A stretch of DNA of 64,000 bases. Source: a virus. The stretch lies in the IMG/VR virus record IMGVR_UViG_3300029319_000012, positions 1-64,000 of that record; one strand, given 5' to 3'. A model generated the notes under the pieces. That model did no database searches. It worked only from the letters and a program-made list of their open reading frames with translations, and was not told where the DNA came from. Positions 1 to 9,714 of the stretch are shown piece by piece. Positions within the stretch are counted from its first letter, which is position 1. Every line of letters starts with the position of its first letter. Position numbers and translations under genes: made by a program.

Positions 1-92
1 TTTTCAGGTGGCGCAACAGAGCAAGGCTTGGCATCAGTGAATTGTGGTGCGGAGAAAAGCATTAGCGCTATGATAAATGTAAAGTGTTTCAT
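1..92 (-). CDS. Secreted protein, 5' part only (runs off window)
   Basis: Reverse strand reads MKHFTFIIALMLFSAPQFTDAKPCSVAPPE..., a signal-peptide-like N-terminus; promoter-like elements directly upstream. Confidence 0.55.
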   Translation of the reverse strand, partial: MKHFTFIIALMLFSAPQFTDAKPCSVAPPE

Positions 93-98
93 GATTAT

Positions 99-127
99 AA
101 TATAGTCATCAAAAACACCAAAGTCAC
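99..127 (-). promoter_or_regulatory. Putative sigma70-type promoter, near-leaderless
   Basis: Minus strand GTGACT-17 nt-TATATT, 6 nt before the ATG at 92. Confidence 0.4.
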
Positions 128-136
128 TAAAAATAT

Positions 137-427
137 TCAGATAATGAATATCTGACTTAGATGCCAAGCTAAAACCCAAAGATAAAAAAGCCCAACCCAT
201 TTTAAAGTTTGGGGCTTATTTTTTGATAAAAAGTCAATTGCAACAGCAAATACTAAAATTTTTACAGAAGCAAATAAAAAGTGAGACTCCTGCAAAAGCC
301 AATTCATTATTGGGTTTAATTCTTCTGCCCCTCGCGATATTGAATACAATGTTAAGCCGCAATCTAAAAGATTGCCCACATGGCAAATAATAAGCCAACT
401 TAGCATAATTAATTGAGGTTGCATCAA
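137..427 (-). CDS. Small multi-pass membrane protein, DUF5658-like
   Basis: Three hydrophobic segments; D-x2-LT...G..ELNP.M pattern. Confidence 0.65.
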   Translation of the reverse strand: MMQPQLIMLSWLIICHVGNLLDCGLTLYSISRGAEELNPIMNWLLQESHFLFASVKILVFAVAIDFLSKNKPQTLKWVGLFYLWVLAWHLSQIFII

Positions 428-463
428 TATTAACTATATTTAAATAAACGTTTATAATTAAAA

Positions 464-472
464 AACTATTTA
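464..472 (+). promoter_or_regulatory. Putative phage late-promoter motif AACTATTTA
   Basis: Same 9-mer recurs upstream of the starts at 5306, 16375, 16795 and 22862. Confidence 0.55.
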
Positions 473-488
473 ATTAGAGGATTTTACT

Positions 489-3400
489 ATGCGCATATCT
501 GATCAAGAACTTCAAAAAATTGTTTTAAAAGAATTTAAAAAGCTGACCTTAGTCGAGCAAAAACAACTTGACCCACAAATTGGTCAGGCAGCGGAGGATA
601 CCTTACAGTCTCTTGACAAATTAGCAGATGATCTTGAGCGCGCCTTGCAGGACCGGCTTGAATCAGAAGAAGTTATTGACTTTGTTGAGGGCTTTGAATT
701 AGTTTTAAGACTTGCTACAACAATTCCTAGATATCTCTCTAACTTTGTCCTTGGATTGTTAAAAGATTTAGGCGTTCCCGTAGTTGATGATATTCACGAT
801 GTTGCAAATGATCTAGCAAACGGTCTCATTGCCGATAAGCTTCTTATAAGAAAACTTTTAAAAAGCATTGAGTGTGTTATTTTATACGCTCAATACAAAT
901 ATGTTCTTTCTACCGGAGATCTTAAAAGAATTGCTGAAATCGCTGCGCAATTTCAACAAGCAACAGACAAGACTGACGCAATAGAACAAATGAAAAGATT
1001 AATTAATAGCAAAAGAAGAAGCGGTCTTAGAACAGCCTTCAATCGATTTGTCGTTAATCGGATGGGACCTTTTACTGTAAGGGAAGGCAAGTACGCGGTG
1101 GCGATTTCGATTACGAGTCGATATGCTCTTGGAATTAATGACTCAATGCTAGCAAGATTGGTTTCAATCTTTAACAGAGCGCGCGGCAGAGGAATAGCAA
1201 ATATTTCTTTGGCACAAACACAAAAGATCAGAAGTATTGTACAGCCGGGTCAAGGAGGCAAACTTGAAGAAATATTTGACATACTAGAAGAAATAGATGA
1301 AAGAGCCTACAAAACACGCGGACTGGCGACAGGACAGCGCATAGGTATAAAAGACATTAAAGATAAAGCCGAGTCTATAAAAAAAGAATTAGGAGATCCC
1401 AGATCTGATACCAGAGAAGCATCACTTCTAGACGACATAATTGGATCTGAAAATTTAGATGACGTGAAAAGAAATGTGCAAAAATACTCATTCCGAAATG
1501 CCAAGATCGTAAAGCGCATTAGTTTAAATGCGCCAGCTTACAATGCTGACAGCATATTACCGCCATTAACTCCAACACAGTCACCGCTAGAACAATATAA
1601 ATTTATTATAGTTGAAATACCACCAGAGCAGGGTGGCGCTGGCAAAAGAGTTGTTCTTCGTGTTACCGATTTTCGACAATCCGAAGCACTTGGTGTGGTT
1701 GGTGGTGCTTATTATGATGGCGCTCACTATAAATTGATGGATATGGATAATGTTGAACTTAGCAATCAATTAGAAAGATATATAGCAGAGAGAGCTAATG
1801 TGAGTGAGATAGACGCATCAAGCGTGAGAGAATTAAATGAAAGGTTTATAAACAACAGAACAATTGAAAAAGTTAATTTTTCAAGTGATTTTACATTTTC
1901 TCAAGAAGCAATAGATCAATTATACCTCAGCGTGACAGACAGGTTTGACCCTAACATTCAAGAAGTCATCATTGATGTAGAAAGCATAAAACAAGGAAGG
2001 CTTAATATAGCTGCAGATCAAGTTTTAAATTTAACAGATGAAAGAAGAGCTTTATTTAGTATGTTAAACTATGAATTTGCAGCTGCTGGCGCCATGGACC
2101 CTAGTTTTGAGCCAGAAAGGCAGTATTTTGGTTTTAATTTTGACCCTGAATCTGAAAATATTATAATAAACGATAGAAAACAAAGAATGCTTGATTTAGC
2201 CTTAGAGGAGCCTCGAAGGTCCGGACAAGGTAGAGAGAGGTTAAGCGCACAAGAACGGCAAAGGCGCGCACAAGAACGGCAAAGGCGCCAACAAGAAAAT
2301 AAAAATATTAAAGAGATAAACAAACAAATTGATGAACTTGTCAATGATAATAGGACGTCAAAAGACTCAACGTTTCTCGCGCGCGGATCTTCCAGAGAAG
2401 CGATATCATTTAAATTTGGTGATCTAAACGATCTAGCCATACAGTTGGAGCGCGTCAGCGAGGTTGATTCTGTTCACATGGATGAAGCAGGACGAGCTAT
2501 ATTTAATTTAGATTTTATTGATGAAACTGTGCGCGCCGCGATACCTGGAACAATTAAGCCAGGCAGTATAGCTAGCCTCATTGAGCTTAAGCGAGCTATA
2601 CTCAACATTAGAATTCTTCTTGATAAAGATGTAAAATTGTATAAAAAAGCTTTAGAAGATTTTCTTAGCAAAAACAAAGCTAAAGAACCTCCAGACCCAG
2701 CTAAAGTTGAAAAATTCATGAATAAGCAAGGTCTTCGCATGAATCCGCTAATTCAACAGATGGTATGCATGGAAATTTTAATAGAGCAGATAGATGAAGT
2801 TCAACTTAATGAAAAATTTGCAGTAAATATAGATAAAATGGTCGACAGGCTTAGATCAGCCTTAGAAACCTCTGAAATACAACGTGCGCTAGACGCCACC
2901 GAAGAAGGCCAGCGTCTTAGGATTGAGTTAGAAAGGAATTTTGAAAAACTAAAACAAGCAAGAGGTCCTAGGCAAGCTATGGACGCGCAGGTTAGCATAT
3001 TAAACTCAGTGATCAACAAGTCTAAAGTCTTGGCAGGAACAACTACTTTGCTGGTAGGAAAAGCACTGTTGATAAGTTTTGACGCCATAGCAATTGCTAG
3101 CGTACCATTTACTGCGTATGATGCATATACAACTCCAGGCACTCAAGGTGGAACGCTCGCCGCCGTCGGCGCCGGAATCATTTCAGCTGGCGCTCTTGCA
3201 ATCCCCTTTGCTCTTTATAAAGCAGCTGCAGTGGTAGGCGTCCCAGCTGGTATCGCTGTTGGCGGGACATTTATTGTTGGTGCTGTACTTGAGTTTATGG
3301 CTGAGAGCTATTTTTATAAAACGGGCTTAACTGGTAGAATTTCGCCTGAATCTTTCAACTGCAAATTTACAAAAACTCTTATGACTAGCGATGCAGGTGA

Positions 3401-4925
3401 AAAGCGCAAAATTAAATTAAGTAACGGAGAAGAAATAGAAGTTATTCAAGGTGCAGCGGCGCCAACTTGTTATGGCTTTATGAAAACTAGATCGCTCAGC
3501 GAAGCTGAGACTGAGCAAAAGTTGCAACAAAGCGATCTCGGCGAGCCTTTAGATTTTTATGTTTCAAGAGACTCTATGGGCAAAGTTGAATATGGTCAAG
3601 AAATTTTAAATCCTATACATCGTTTTATTTATAAAAGAATTAACCAAACATTGTATGAAGAAAATTTAAACCAAGAATATAAGGATGTATGGGAAGATTT
3701 TGATTTTCGAGTAATAGTTCAGCCTAATGATAGAGTTTCTTGGAAGAAAATGCTTTACTTTGATGAGCAAACAACTGATTTTGTAGCAAACGAAACCTGG
3801 CCAGGTTTATTTTATAATCATGTGTTTCAGCAGGGTGAGGAAAATAAACAGCCAATTATACGTAGAAAATCAACCTTGCTTTTACCAGGTAATCGCATTG
3901 GATGGCTAGACGCTGATGGCAATGGCTTTTTAGAATTAAATCCAAAAAGTGATTTTGTTATACAACTTAATACATTGTTGCAAAGAAGAGTTCAGCTAAA
4001 TAGTATGCGTACATTTAAAAATCCCTTTGTGGGATCAGCTACAGAAATTGCAAATAAATCTCAGGCTTTGATTAATCTTATGCAAGAGAAACAAGAAACG
4101 CTTGTAAAGAGTCTCATCGACCATTTTGAAGGACCAATTGCAAGAAGCGCAGAAGCTGGCTATTTACAAGCTTTGAAAGAACCCGTTCTTCTTCTTGGGG
4201 TGTCGGCAAAATATGTTTTTACAGAACTATACATGCGACAGGAATTACTAAAAGACTTAGATAAAATAAAAATTGATATACTATCAAACAATCAAGGCAT
4301 TGAAAAAGCTACAGATGAAAAATTAGATTTAATATTTGAAAGAGATTTAATTTTTACACACTGGTTAGGGTCTGGCGGGCGTGATAAATTAGGTGAAGGC
4401 GAAAAATCTTTAATGAAAGGCTATCTTAATGCATTGAAAAAAGTTGCAGATAAAATTTCTAGTTCGCAAGCAGGCGCAGTGACAGCAACAGGCGAGCCTT
4501 TTAAACAAGGTTCAGATGTTCAAGATGCCGTGACATCTGAATTAATTATCAGCGGGCTTCCTGATCTTCAAAATGCTTTAAGTGCGATTGTCAATGTATG
4601 GAATAACAAAATTTCTGTTAGGTCTAAAGGATCTAGCTATCTTGACGTTATAAGGCGAATACAAACGATGCTAACAAATAAGGGAGTGAAAATAAAACAG
4701 CAAAAGATAGCAAAAGATTTACTAATAGCTAAATTAAAAAGCACTAGCTTAATGATCCCAGATGAAGAGTTTATTGATATCATCAGAAGGCAACAATCCG
4801 AGCGCGGCGTTGAAAAAGCTAGGCGGGATGCTGATGTAAGACTGCAACAGAAGCGCGGTCCACGAAATCCAAAGGATGTATCGCCCATGGGCGCGGAAGC
4901 CGGCGGTGGTCCTCCTATACAATAA
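489..4925 (+). CDS. 1478-aa putative virion internal/ejection protein
   Basis: Long ORF with AGAGG SD; leader MRISDQELQKIVLKEF; coiled-coil stretches; long Gly/Ala hydrophobic region around aa 845-935. Confidence 0.6.
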   Translation: MRISDQELQKIVLKEFKKLTLVEQKQLDPQIGQAAEDTLQSLDKLADDLERALQDRLESEEVIDFVEGFELVLRLATTIPRYLSNFVLGLLKDLGVPVVDDIHDVANDLANGLIADKLLIRKLLKSIECVILYAQYKYVLSTGDLKRIAEIAAQFQQATDKTDAIEQMKRLINSKRRSGLRTAFNRFVVNRMGPFTVREGKYAVAISITSRYALGINDSMLARLVSIFNRARGRGIANISLAQTQKIRSIVQPGQGGKLEEIFDILEEIDERAYKTRGLATGQRIGIKDIKDKAESIKKELGDPRSDTREASLLDDIIGSENLDDVKRNVQKYSFRNAKIVKRISLNAPAYNADSILPPLTPTQSPLEQYKFIIVEIPPEQGGAGKRVVLRVTDFRQSEALGVVGGAYYDGAHYKLMDMDNVELSNQLERYIAERANVSEIDASSVRELNERFINNRTIEKVNFSSDFTFSQEAIDQLYLSVTDRFDPNIQEVIIDVESIKQGRLNIAADQVLNLTDERRALFSMLNYEFAAAGAMDPSFEPERQYFGFNFDPESENIIINDRKQRMLDLALEEPRRSGQGRERLSAQERQRRAQERQRRQQENKNIKEINKQIDELVNDNRTSKDSTFLARGSSREAISFKFGDLNDLAIQLERVSEVDSVHMDEAGRAIFNLDFIDETVRAAIPGTIKPGSIASLIELKRAILNIRILLDKDVKLYKKALEDFLSKNKAKEPPDPAKVEKFMNKQGLRMNPLIQQMVCMEILIEQIDEVQLNEKFAVNIDKMVDRLRSALETSEIQRALDATEEGQRLRIELERNFEKLKQARGPRQAMDAQVSILNSVINKSKVLAGTTTLLVGKALLISFDAIAIASVPFTAYDAYTTPGTQGGTLAAVGAGIISAGALAIPFALYKAAAVVGVPAGIAVGGTFIVGAVLEFMAESYFYKTGLTGRISPESFNCKFTKTLMTSDAGEKRKIKLSNGEEIEVIQGAAAPTCYGFMKTRSLSEAETEQKLQQSDLGEPLDFYVSRDSMGKVEYGQEILNPIHRFIYKRINQTLYEENLNQEYKDVWEDFDFRVIVQPNDRVSWKKMLYFDEQTTDFVANETWPGLFYNHVFQQGEENKQPIIRRKSTLLLPGNRIGWLDADGNGFLELNPKSDFVIQLNTLLQRRVQLNSMRTFKNPFVGSATEIANKSQALINLMQEKQETLVKSLIDHFEGPIARSAEAGYLQALKEPVLLLGVSAKYVFTELYMRQELLKDLDKIKIDILSNNQGIEKATDEKLDLIFERDLIFTHWLGSGGRDKLGEGEKSLMKGYLNALKKVADKISSSQAGAVTATGEPFKQGSDVQDAVTSELIISGLPDLQNALSAIVNVWNNKISVRSKGSSYLDVIRRIQTMLTNKGVKIKQQKIAKDLLIAKLKSTSLMIPDEEFIDIIRRQQSERGVEKARRDADVRLQQKRGPRNPKDVSPMGAEAGGGPPIQ
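2245..2286 (+). repeat. 21-bp tandem repeat x2 (AQERQRR)
   Basis: gcgcacaagaacggcaaaggc repeated exactly twice, in frame. Confidence 0.9.
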
Positions 4926-4935
4926 AGATCGGTAA

Positions 4936-5238
4936 CTAATTTGCGACTTTCAAAACAGTGTGCATTGGTCTGACAAACTTCGAATCAAACGTAAGCTCTG
5001 CGCCATCTTTTGTATAGTTAACAGCTACAATGCCTGGTCGACAACGCTTGATTGCGCTAGCGACTGCTGAGTTTGTTGCAAAAAAGCTTACCGTGCCTTC
5101 TTCTTTAATTTGTTGTTTATTCCAATTGATAACAACTTCTGCATCAGGATCCCCGCCACTATGAAAAAATTTCTCTTGAAGCATATTAAGAGTGTTTTCA
5201 AATTCTGGGTGATCTTTTTTGATTGTTTTGCCTTTCAT
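4936..5238 (-). CDS. Hypothetical protein
   Basis: ORF track 4936..5292; likely start MKGKTIKK at 5238 after AAAGGA SD. Confidence 0.65.
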   Translation of the reverse strand: MKGKTIKKDHPEFENTLNMLQEKFFHSGGDPDAEVVINWNKQQIKEEGTVSFFATNSAVASAIKRCRPGIVAVNYTKDGAELTFDSKFVRPMHTVLKVAN

Positions 5239-5279
5239 AATATTTCCTTTAAATAAAAGTTCTACAGGAACATTATAGA

Positions 5280-5288
5280 AACTATTTA
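5280..5288 (+). promoter_or_regulatory. Putative late-promoter motif AACTATTTA
   Basis: Recurring motif upstream of the ATG at 5306. Confidence 0.5.
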
Positions 5289-5305
5289 TCATTAGGAAAT
5301 CAAAA

Positions 5306-5635
5306 ATGAAAATCGCATGGAAAGAAACAGAAAGCCGCCTGATACAGGATATTTATTACCACGATAAGCTCATAGGTTCAGTAAAAAAGCAGTGGGCGGC
5401 AGAGAAATGGAAGGTTAGTCCAAACTTTAGTATAATTGCTAGCTTTTCAAGCGAACTAGATTCAATACATGACTCTGCTTATAAAGCAGGGCACGCTCTG
5501 GTGGAGATCTATGAAAGAGAAATTTTCTATGAACAAGTTGAGCACGATGATCCATTTGACATTGATGATGATTCAACTTGGGATGCCAGAGTAACGCAGC
5601 CAATTGATATGAGGAAAATGTGGTCAAAACCTTGA
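5306..5635 (+). CDS. Hypothetical protein
   Basis: 109-aa ORF with AGGA SD. Confidence 0.65.
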   Translation: MKIAWKETESRLIQDIYYHDKLIGSVKKQWAAEKWKVSPNFSIIASFSSELDSIHDSAYKAGHALVEIYEREIFYEQVEHDDPFDIDDDSTWDARVTQPIDMRKMWSKP

Positions 5636-5644
5636 GGTAAAACA

Positions 5645-7543
5645 ATGATAAGAACAATCATAGCGCTATTAATCTTAATAATATCATTAAGTTGTAGTAA
5701 CTCGCAAAGCGAAGGCGCTAATTTGATTATTGAAGATTTGATTGTTGAGGACGTTACTGAAGAGGTTGAAGAGCAAGATGTTGTCGAAGAAGAGGAGGAC
5801 GTGCCACTGCTGGTTCCTAACGAATGTTTGGAATGTAAATGGTATTTTTGTCCTCCGTTGGATTCTGTCTGGCAAAATCAAATTTGCATGGATATTTGTA
5901 GCGATCCACCAACTTTGGTTTATGAATCTGGTTGCCAGCAATATATGGAGTGCGATCCAACGCAATACTTTATTGAGTCAATAGAGTGCACGACTAACAG
6001 CGGGTTTCCAGGTACACAGGATAAAGTTTGCGATAAAGGAAGAATCGTATATACCGATTGCGAAACAAGCTGCACAGAGGAGTCTTGCAATTATATTGAT
6101 GATGATTGTGATGGTCTTATTGATGAAGAGCAGCTAAATCAATGTGGAGATTGCGGCATTGTTCCTGCAGAAGTATGTGATAATATTGATAACAACTGCG
6201 ACGGCACGACTGATGAGGATCTAATTCGAGCATGTGCAACTGCATGCGGTAATGGTTATGAACTATGTGACGGTGGAATTTGGTCCTCTTGCTCTGCTGC
6301 GCAGCCATCACAAGAAATATGTGATGGATTTGATAATGATTGTGATGGAGAAGTTGATGAGGAGTTAGAGTGCATATGCACAGTTCAAGACGTTGGTGTC
6401 CTGTTCCCCTGCAAAGAAGAGCCTTTAATATGTGGCGAAGGTCTCAAGACATGTGAATGTGTTGACGATGCATGCACTGAAATTACAGTGACGCCTTGTT
6501 TTGCTTTATGCCATTGGTTTCCTCCACCAGATCCATCCACATGCGACCCATTGGTTGGTCAGATTGTTGAACAAGAAGAATGCAATAATTTTGATGAAAA
6601 TTGCAATCAACTCATTGATGAGAATCTTGTGGGCTCTTGTTACAGTGGACCTGAAGGCACGCTAATGCAAGGTATCTGTGTTCCTGGCATAATGACATGC
6701 GAAGCAGGAGAGTGGGGCTCTTATGTCGATGACGAGTTTAAAGTTAGCTATTGTGATGGTGAAATTACACCACAAGAAGAAATCTGCAATGGTCTAGATG
6801 ATAACTGCGATGGCATTACAGATTATGGCGAAGAAATGAAAGAGACAGATATTTTGTTTGTTATTGACTGGTCTGGCTCAATGAATGATGAAATTAGTGC
6901 AGTCTTAATTGCGCTTAATCAATTTGCGCAACATTATAGTGATGAGGACGTGCTGCAGTGGGGCGTCATTCGTGGACCGATTGCGGACAAAATGTCAGCG
7001 CCAGATGAGTATCTTGAGCTGACGCATAATCTTTCTGGCTTTTCTGATTTTCTTTCATCCATGGCAGCGCTAAACTTTGTTTCAACTATCGGCACAACAA
7101 TGGAGATGCTCCTTGATGCTGTGTACTTGTCTATTTCAAATATAACAACTAGCTTGCCAATTCCTATAGAAGACTTAGGCTGGAGAGGTGTTGTCAATCC
7201 AGGAGGCTATGGTAGCGTAGTCAAAGAGTCCAGCCCGCCACTTGCTGATTTTAAAATAAACTGGAGAGAAGATGTCGATAAAGTTATCATTGTGTTCAGT
7301 GATGAAAGACCTCAGAGCTATTTGGTTCCTCAAATTACAAAATCAGCACTCGAAGCAGCGATGATTGCCACACCACGTTTAAAATTATACACATTCTCTG
7401 CATATTCATTCTGGACGTGGGATGAGATGGCAATAGCGACAGGCGGCAAAGACTTTCAATTAACAAACAACCCAACTGAAATGTATAATAGTCTAATGGA
7501 GATCTTAGATGAAATTTGCATGGAGCCAACAGATGAGCAGTAA
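5645..7543 (+). CDS. Lipoprotein with Cys-rich ExCDxxDNDCDGxxDE repeats and C-terminal vWA domain
   Basis: Lipobox SLSC; about 5 repeats (e.g. EVCDNIDNNCDGTTDE, EICDGFDNDCDGEVDE); MIDAS motif DILFVIDWSGSM and IIVFSDE. Confidence 0.8.
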   Translation: MIRTIIALLILIISLSCSNSQSEGANLIIEDLIVEDVTEEVEEQDVVEEEEDVPLLVPNECLECKWYFCPPLDSVWQNQICMDICSDPPTLVYESGCQQYMECDPTQYFIESIECTTNSGFPGTQDKVCDKGRIVYTDCETSCTEESCNYIDDDCDGLIDEEQLNQCGDCGIVPAEVCDNIDNNCDGTTDEDLIRACATACGNGYELCDGGIWSSCSAAQPSQEICDGFDNDCDGEVDEELECICTVQDVGVLFPCKEEPLICGEGLKTCECVDDACTEITVTPCFALCHWFPPPDPSTCDPLVGQIVEQEECNNFDENCNQLIDENLVGSCYSGPEGTLMQGICVPGIMTCEAGEWGSYVDDEFKVSYCDGEITPQEEICNGLDDNCDGITDYGEEMKETDILFVIDWSGSMNDEISAVLIALNQFAQHYSDEDVLQWGVIRGPIADKMSAPDEYLELTHNLSGFSDFLSSMAALNFVSTIGTTMEMLLDAVYLSISNITTSLPIPIEDLGWRGVVNPGGYGSVVKESSPPLADFKINWREDVDKVIIVFSDERPQSYLVPQITKSALEAAMIATPRLKLYTFSAYSFWTWDEMAIATGGKDFQLTNNPTEMYNSLMEILDEICMEPTDEQ

Positions 7544-7766
7544 AGAAAACCAAGTCTTAAACGAAATAATTATTGAGCTGGTTGAAGAGAATAGAGTTTT
7601 AGCTAAAAAGAATGATGAGCTACAAGACGAGGTTGATTCTCTTTGGTCCTTGATGGATGAACTTACAAAATCAGATGTTGAAAACTTTAGCCACCTTTTA
7701 AAAGAGCTAGGGTCAGATATTATTACGAAAACTTTAATGGTTACAAGAAAGAAAGCAGACTGCTGA
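7533..7766 (+). CDS. Small coiled-coil protein
   Basis: Start overlaps the previous gene; heptad-like LVEENRVLAKKNDELQDEVDSL. Confidence 0.6.
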   Translation: MSSKENQVLNEIIIELVEENRVLAKKNDELQDEVDSLWSLMDELTKSDVENFSHLLKELGSDIITKTLMVTRKKADC

Positions 7767-7776
7767 GGGCATATGA

Positions 7777-8382
7777 GTGAAAAAAAAGATATTATCAGTT
7801 TTAATTATCTTATTCTTTACTGTCAACTGTAACGTGCACGAAAATGTAATATTTTCCAACAGCTATGTCAAAATATATAAAAATTCTAGATGCAAACCAT
7901 CAGACGGCTTTCCGCAAATGATTATGATCCCATTTTTTCATAGAGCCACGCAGATTGTTCCTGATTGTCAAACTTACCCTAAACATAAAACCGCGCTGGC
8001 ATTAATGATTTTCTATCACAAATGGCAAGAATATTTTGGTGATGACGATTATAAAGTAAAAGAGCTTCTTAACAAAGTCATGGTCAAGTGGGGAAGACAC
8101 CTTCGAACAATTGAAGCTAGAGGGTTTGATTTGCACGGTGAGCCAATAACAAAAGCTACAATTCAAGGCATCGTGGAAACTGACACAATTATATGGGTCT
8201 GGCAAGCCTATGGTAAAATATCAGAGACTAGCTTAATGCATGAATTGGTTCATATTTCTCTCAAGGCAAGCATCGGCACAACTGATCCAGATCACGAAGG
8301 TCATGTTTATGAGGGCTGGACGCCAGCACATACGAGAATGATCGAAGAAGCCAAAGACATGCTTCGTGCGTTTAATATATAA
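7777..8382 (+). CDS. Exported HExxH zincin-like metallopeptidase
   Basis: Signal/lipobox-like N-terminus (FFTVNC); LMHELVHISL with downstream DPDH. Confidence 0.65.
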   Translation: MKKKILSVLIILFFTVNCNVHENVIFSNSYVKIYKNSRCKPSDGFPQMIMIPFFHRATQIVPDCQTYPKHKTALALMIFYHKWQEYFGDDDYKVKELLNKVMVKWGRHLRTIEARGFDLHGEPITKATIQGIVETDTIIWVWQAYGKISETSLMHELVHISLKASIGTTDPDHEGHVYEGWTPAHTRMIEEAKDMLRAFNI

Positions 8383-8397
8383 GCATCTATTTATTAT

Positions 8398-9714
8398 ATG
8401 AAAAAATTATTTGAAAACTGGCGTAATTTTATCAATGAGCAAGACCTTACTCAAACTACGGAGGCGCCTAGAGACGGCGAATTAGTTCCCTTTCGAATCC
8501 GTGGCAAGAAAAAATCTTATAAAATTTTTAAATCCAATATTGATGATAGTGATGATGATCTACGAGTCTTTCCAATAGTAGCAAAAGGAGAAGCTCCCGA
8601 TGGTGGAGACATATATTTTAGAAATAAAAAAGAGGAAGAAGCGTGGTTTAAGTCAGGCGAAGTTATTCTAGCTGATCCTGATAATAAACAATTTAAGATT
8701 ACAAATGTTGAAACTAGATTGAGCGCAAAAAAATTCGTTGAAATATATGAAAAGACTCAAGAAGAACTAAAGTCACCTAAGGGATCTTTTGTTGAGATGC
8801 CTGGAGTTATATCTTGCTTAGATGGAAATTGCTATGAAAAAATGCTAACTTTAGGACATGTTAGTATGAAAAAGAAAGATCTTTTAAGAAAAATCAATGA
8901 TCTTCCAAAGTATAAATTGAGATCTAGAGCCAGAAAAAGTACAAAATTAATTGTATTGCACATATCCGAAACAAGCCATCCCCGAGGAACGCTCGGCGCG
9001 TTAACAGGAAAAAAAGCAAGCACAAACTACGAAGTTACCGAAGATGGAATCATATATGAATATGTTAGCCCTTATTCAGCTACAAATCATGGCGCGCCAG
9101 TAAACAATATCTCAATAGGTGTTGATTTTACTGGCAGGAGAAACAAGATTGGTGATAGTAGAACAGAGTTTTATAATTATGCAGGTTATGGTGCTAGAGA
9201 TCAAGAACCATTTAGTGCGGATCAAACCGCGCAAGGTGTTGCTTTAGTGTCAAAACTATGCGAAATGTTTGGCTTGCCACAAATAGTAGCTCCATATGAT
9301 TTTCGTATAATTCTTGTTAAATGTATAAAACAGCTATTAAAAGATTTTGGCGCCAGCCTCGAATTAAGAAAATCATTTGCTGCAGAAGGAATTAAAAAAA
9401 GTATAGAACACCATAACTACTTTAAAGTCTCTGATATACTTGAGCAAATGAATATTGGTATAGTACCTCACAAGGTAATTAATCCTGGACATGGCTGCCC
9501 AGGTCCTGGTTTTCCTTATAGCAAGTTTGGTAATGTTGCCGATGAAGACTATATTTTAAATGAGCTGAGAAGCATTATTGAAAACAAATATGAAAATGAT
9601 ATAGCTAAATTAATGAGTGACTTCACAGACAGAACACAAGTTGCAATGGTGTATAGAAGAAATAAACAAGCTAAAAAGCTAGCTGCAGCTAACAAGCAAG
9701 GTAAAACAAAATGA
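8398..9714 (+). CDS. N-acetylmuramoyl-L-alanine amidase (Amidase_2) domain protein with N-terminal leader
   Basis: LIVLHISET, STNYEVTEDGIIYEYV, NHG...NNISIGVDF, VPH...CPG; starts MKKLFENWRNFINEQ. Confidence 0.75.
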   Translation: MKKLFENWRNFINEQDLTQTTEAPRDGELVPFRIRGKKKSYKIFKSNIDDSDDDLRVFPIVAKGEAPDGGDIYFRNKKEEEAWFKSGEVILADPDNKQFKITNVETRLSAKKFVEIYEKTQEELKSPKGSFVEMPGVISCLDGNCYEKMLTLGHVSMKKKDLLRKINDLPKYKLRSRARKSTKLIVLHISETSHPRGTLGALTGKKASTNYEVTEDGIIYEYVSPYSATNHGAPVNNISIGVDFTGRRNKIGDSRTEFYNYAGYGARDQEPFSADQTAQGVALVSKLCEMFGLPQIVAPYDFRIILVKCIKQLLKDFGASLELRKSFAAEGIKKSIEHHNYFKVSDILEQMNIGIVPHKVINPGHGCPGPGFPYSKFGNVADEDYILNELRSIIENKYENDIAKLMSDFTDRTQVAMVYRRNKQAKKLAAANKQGKTK

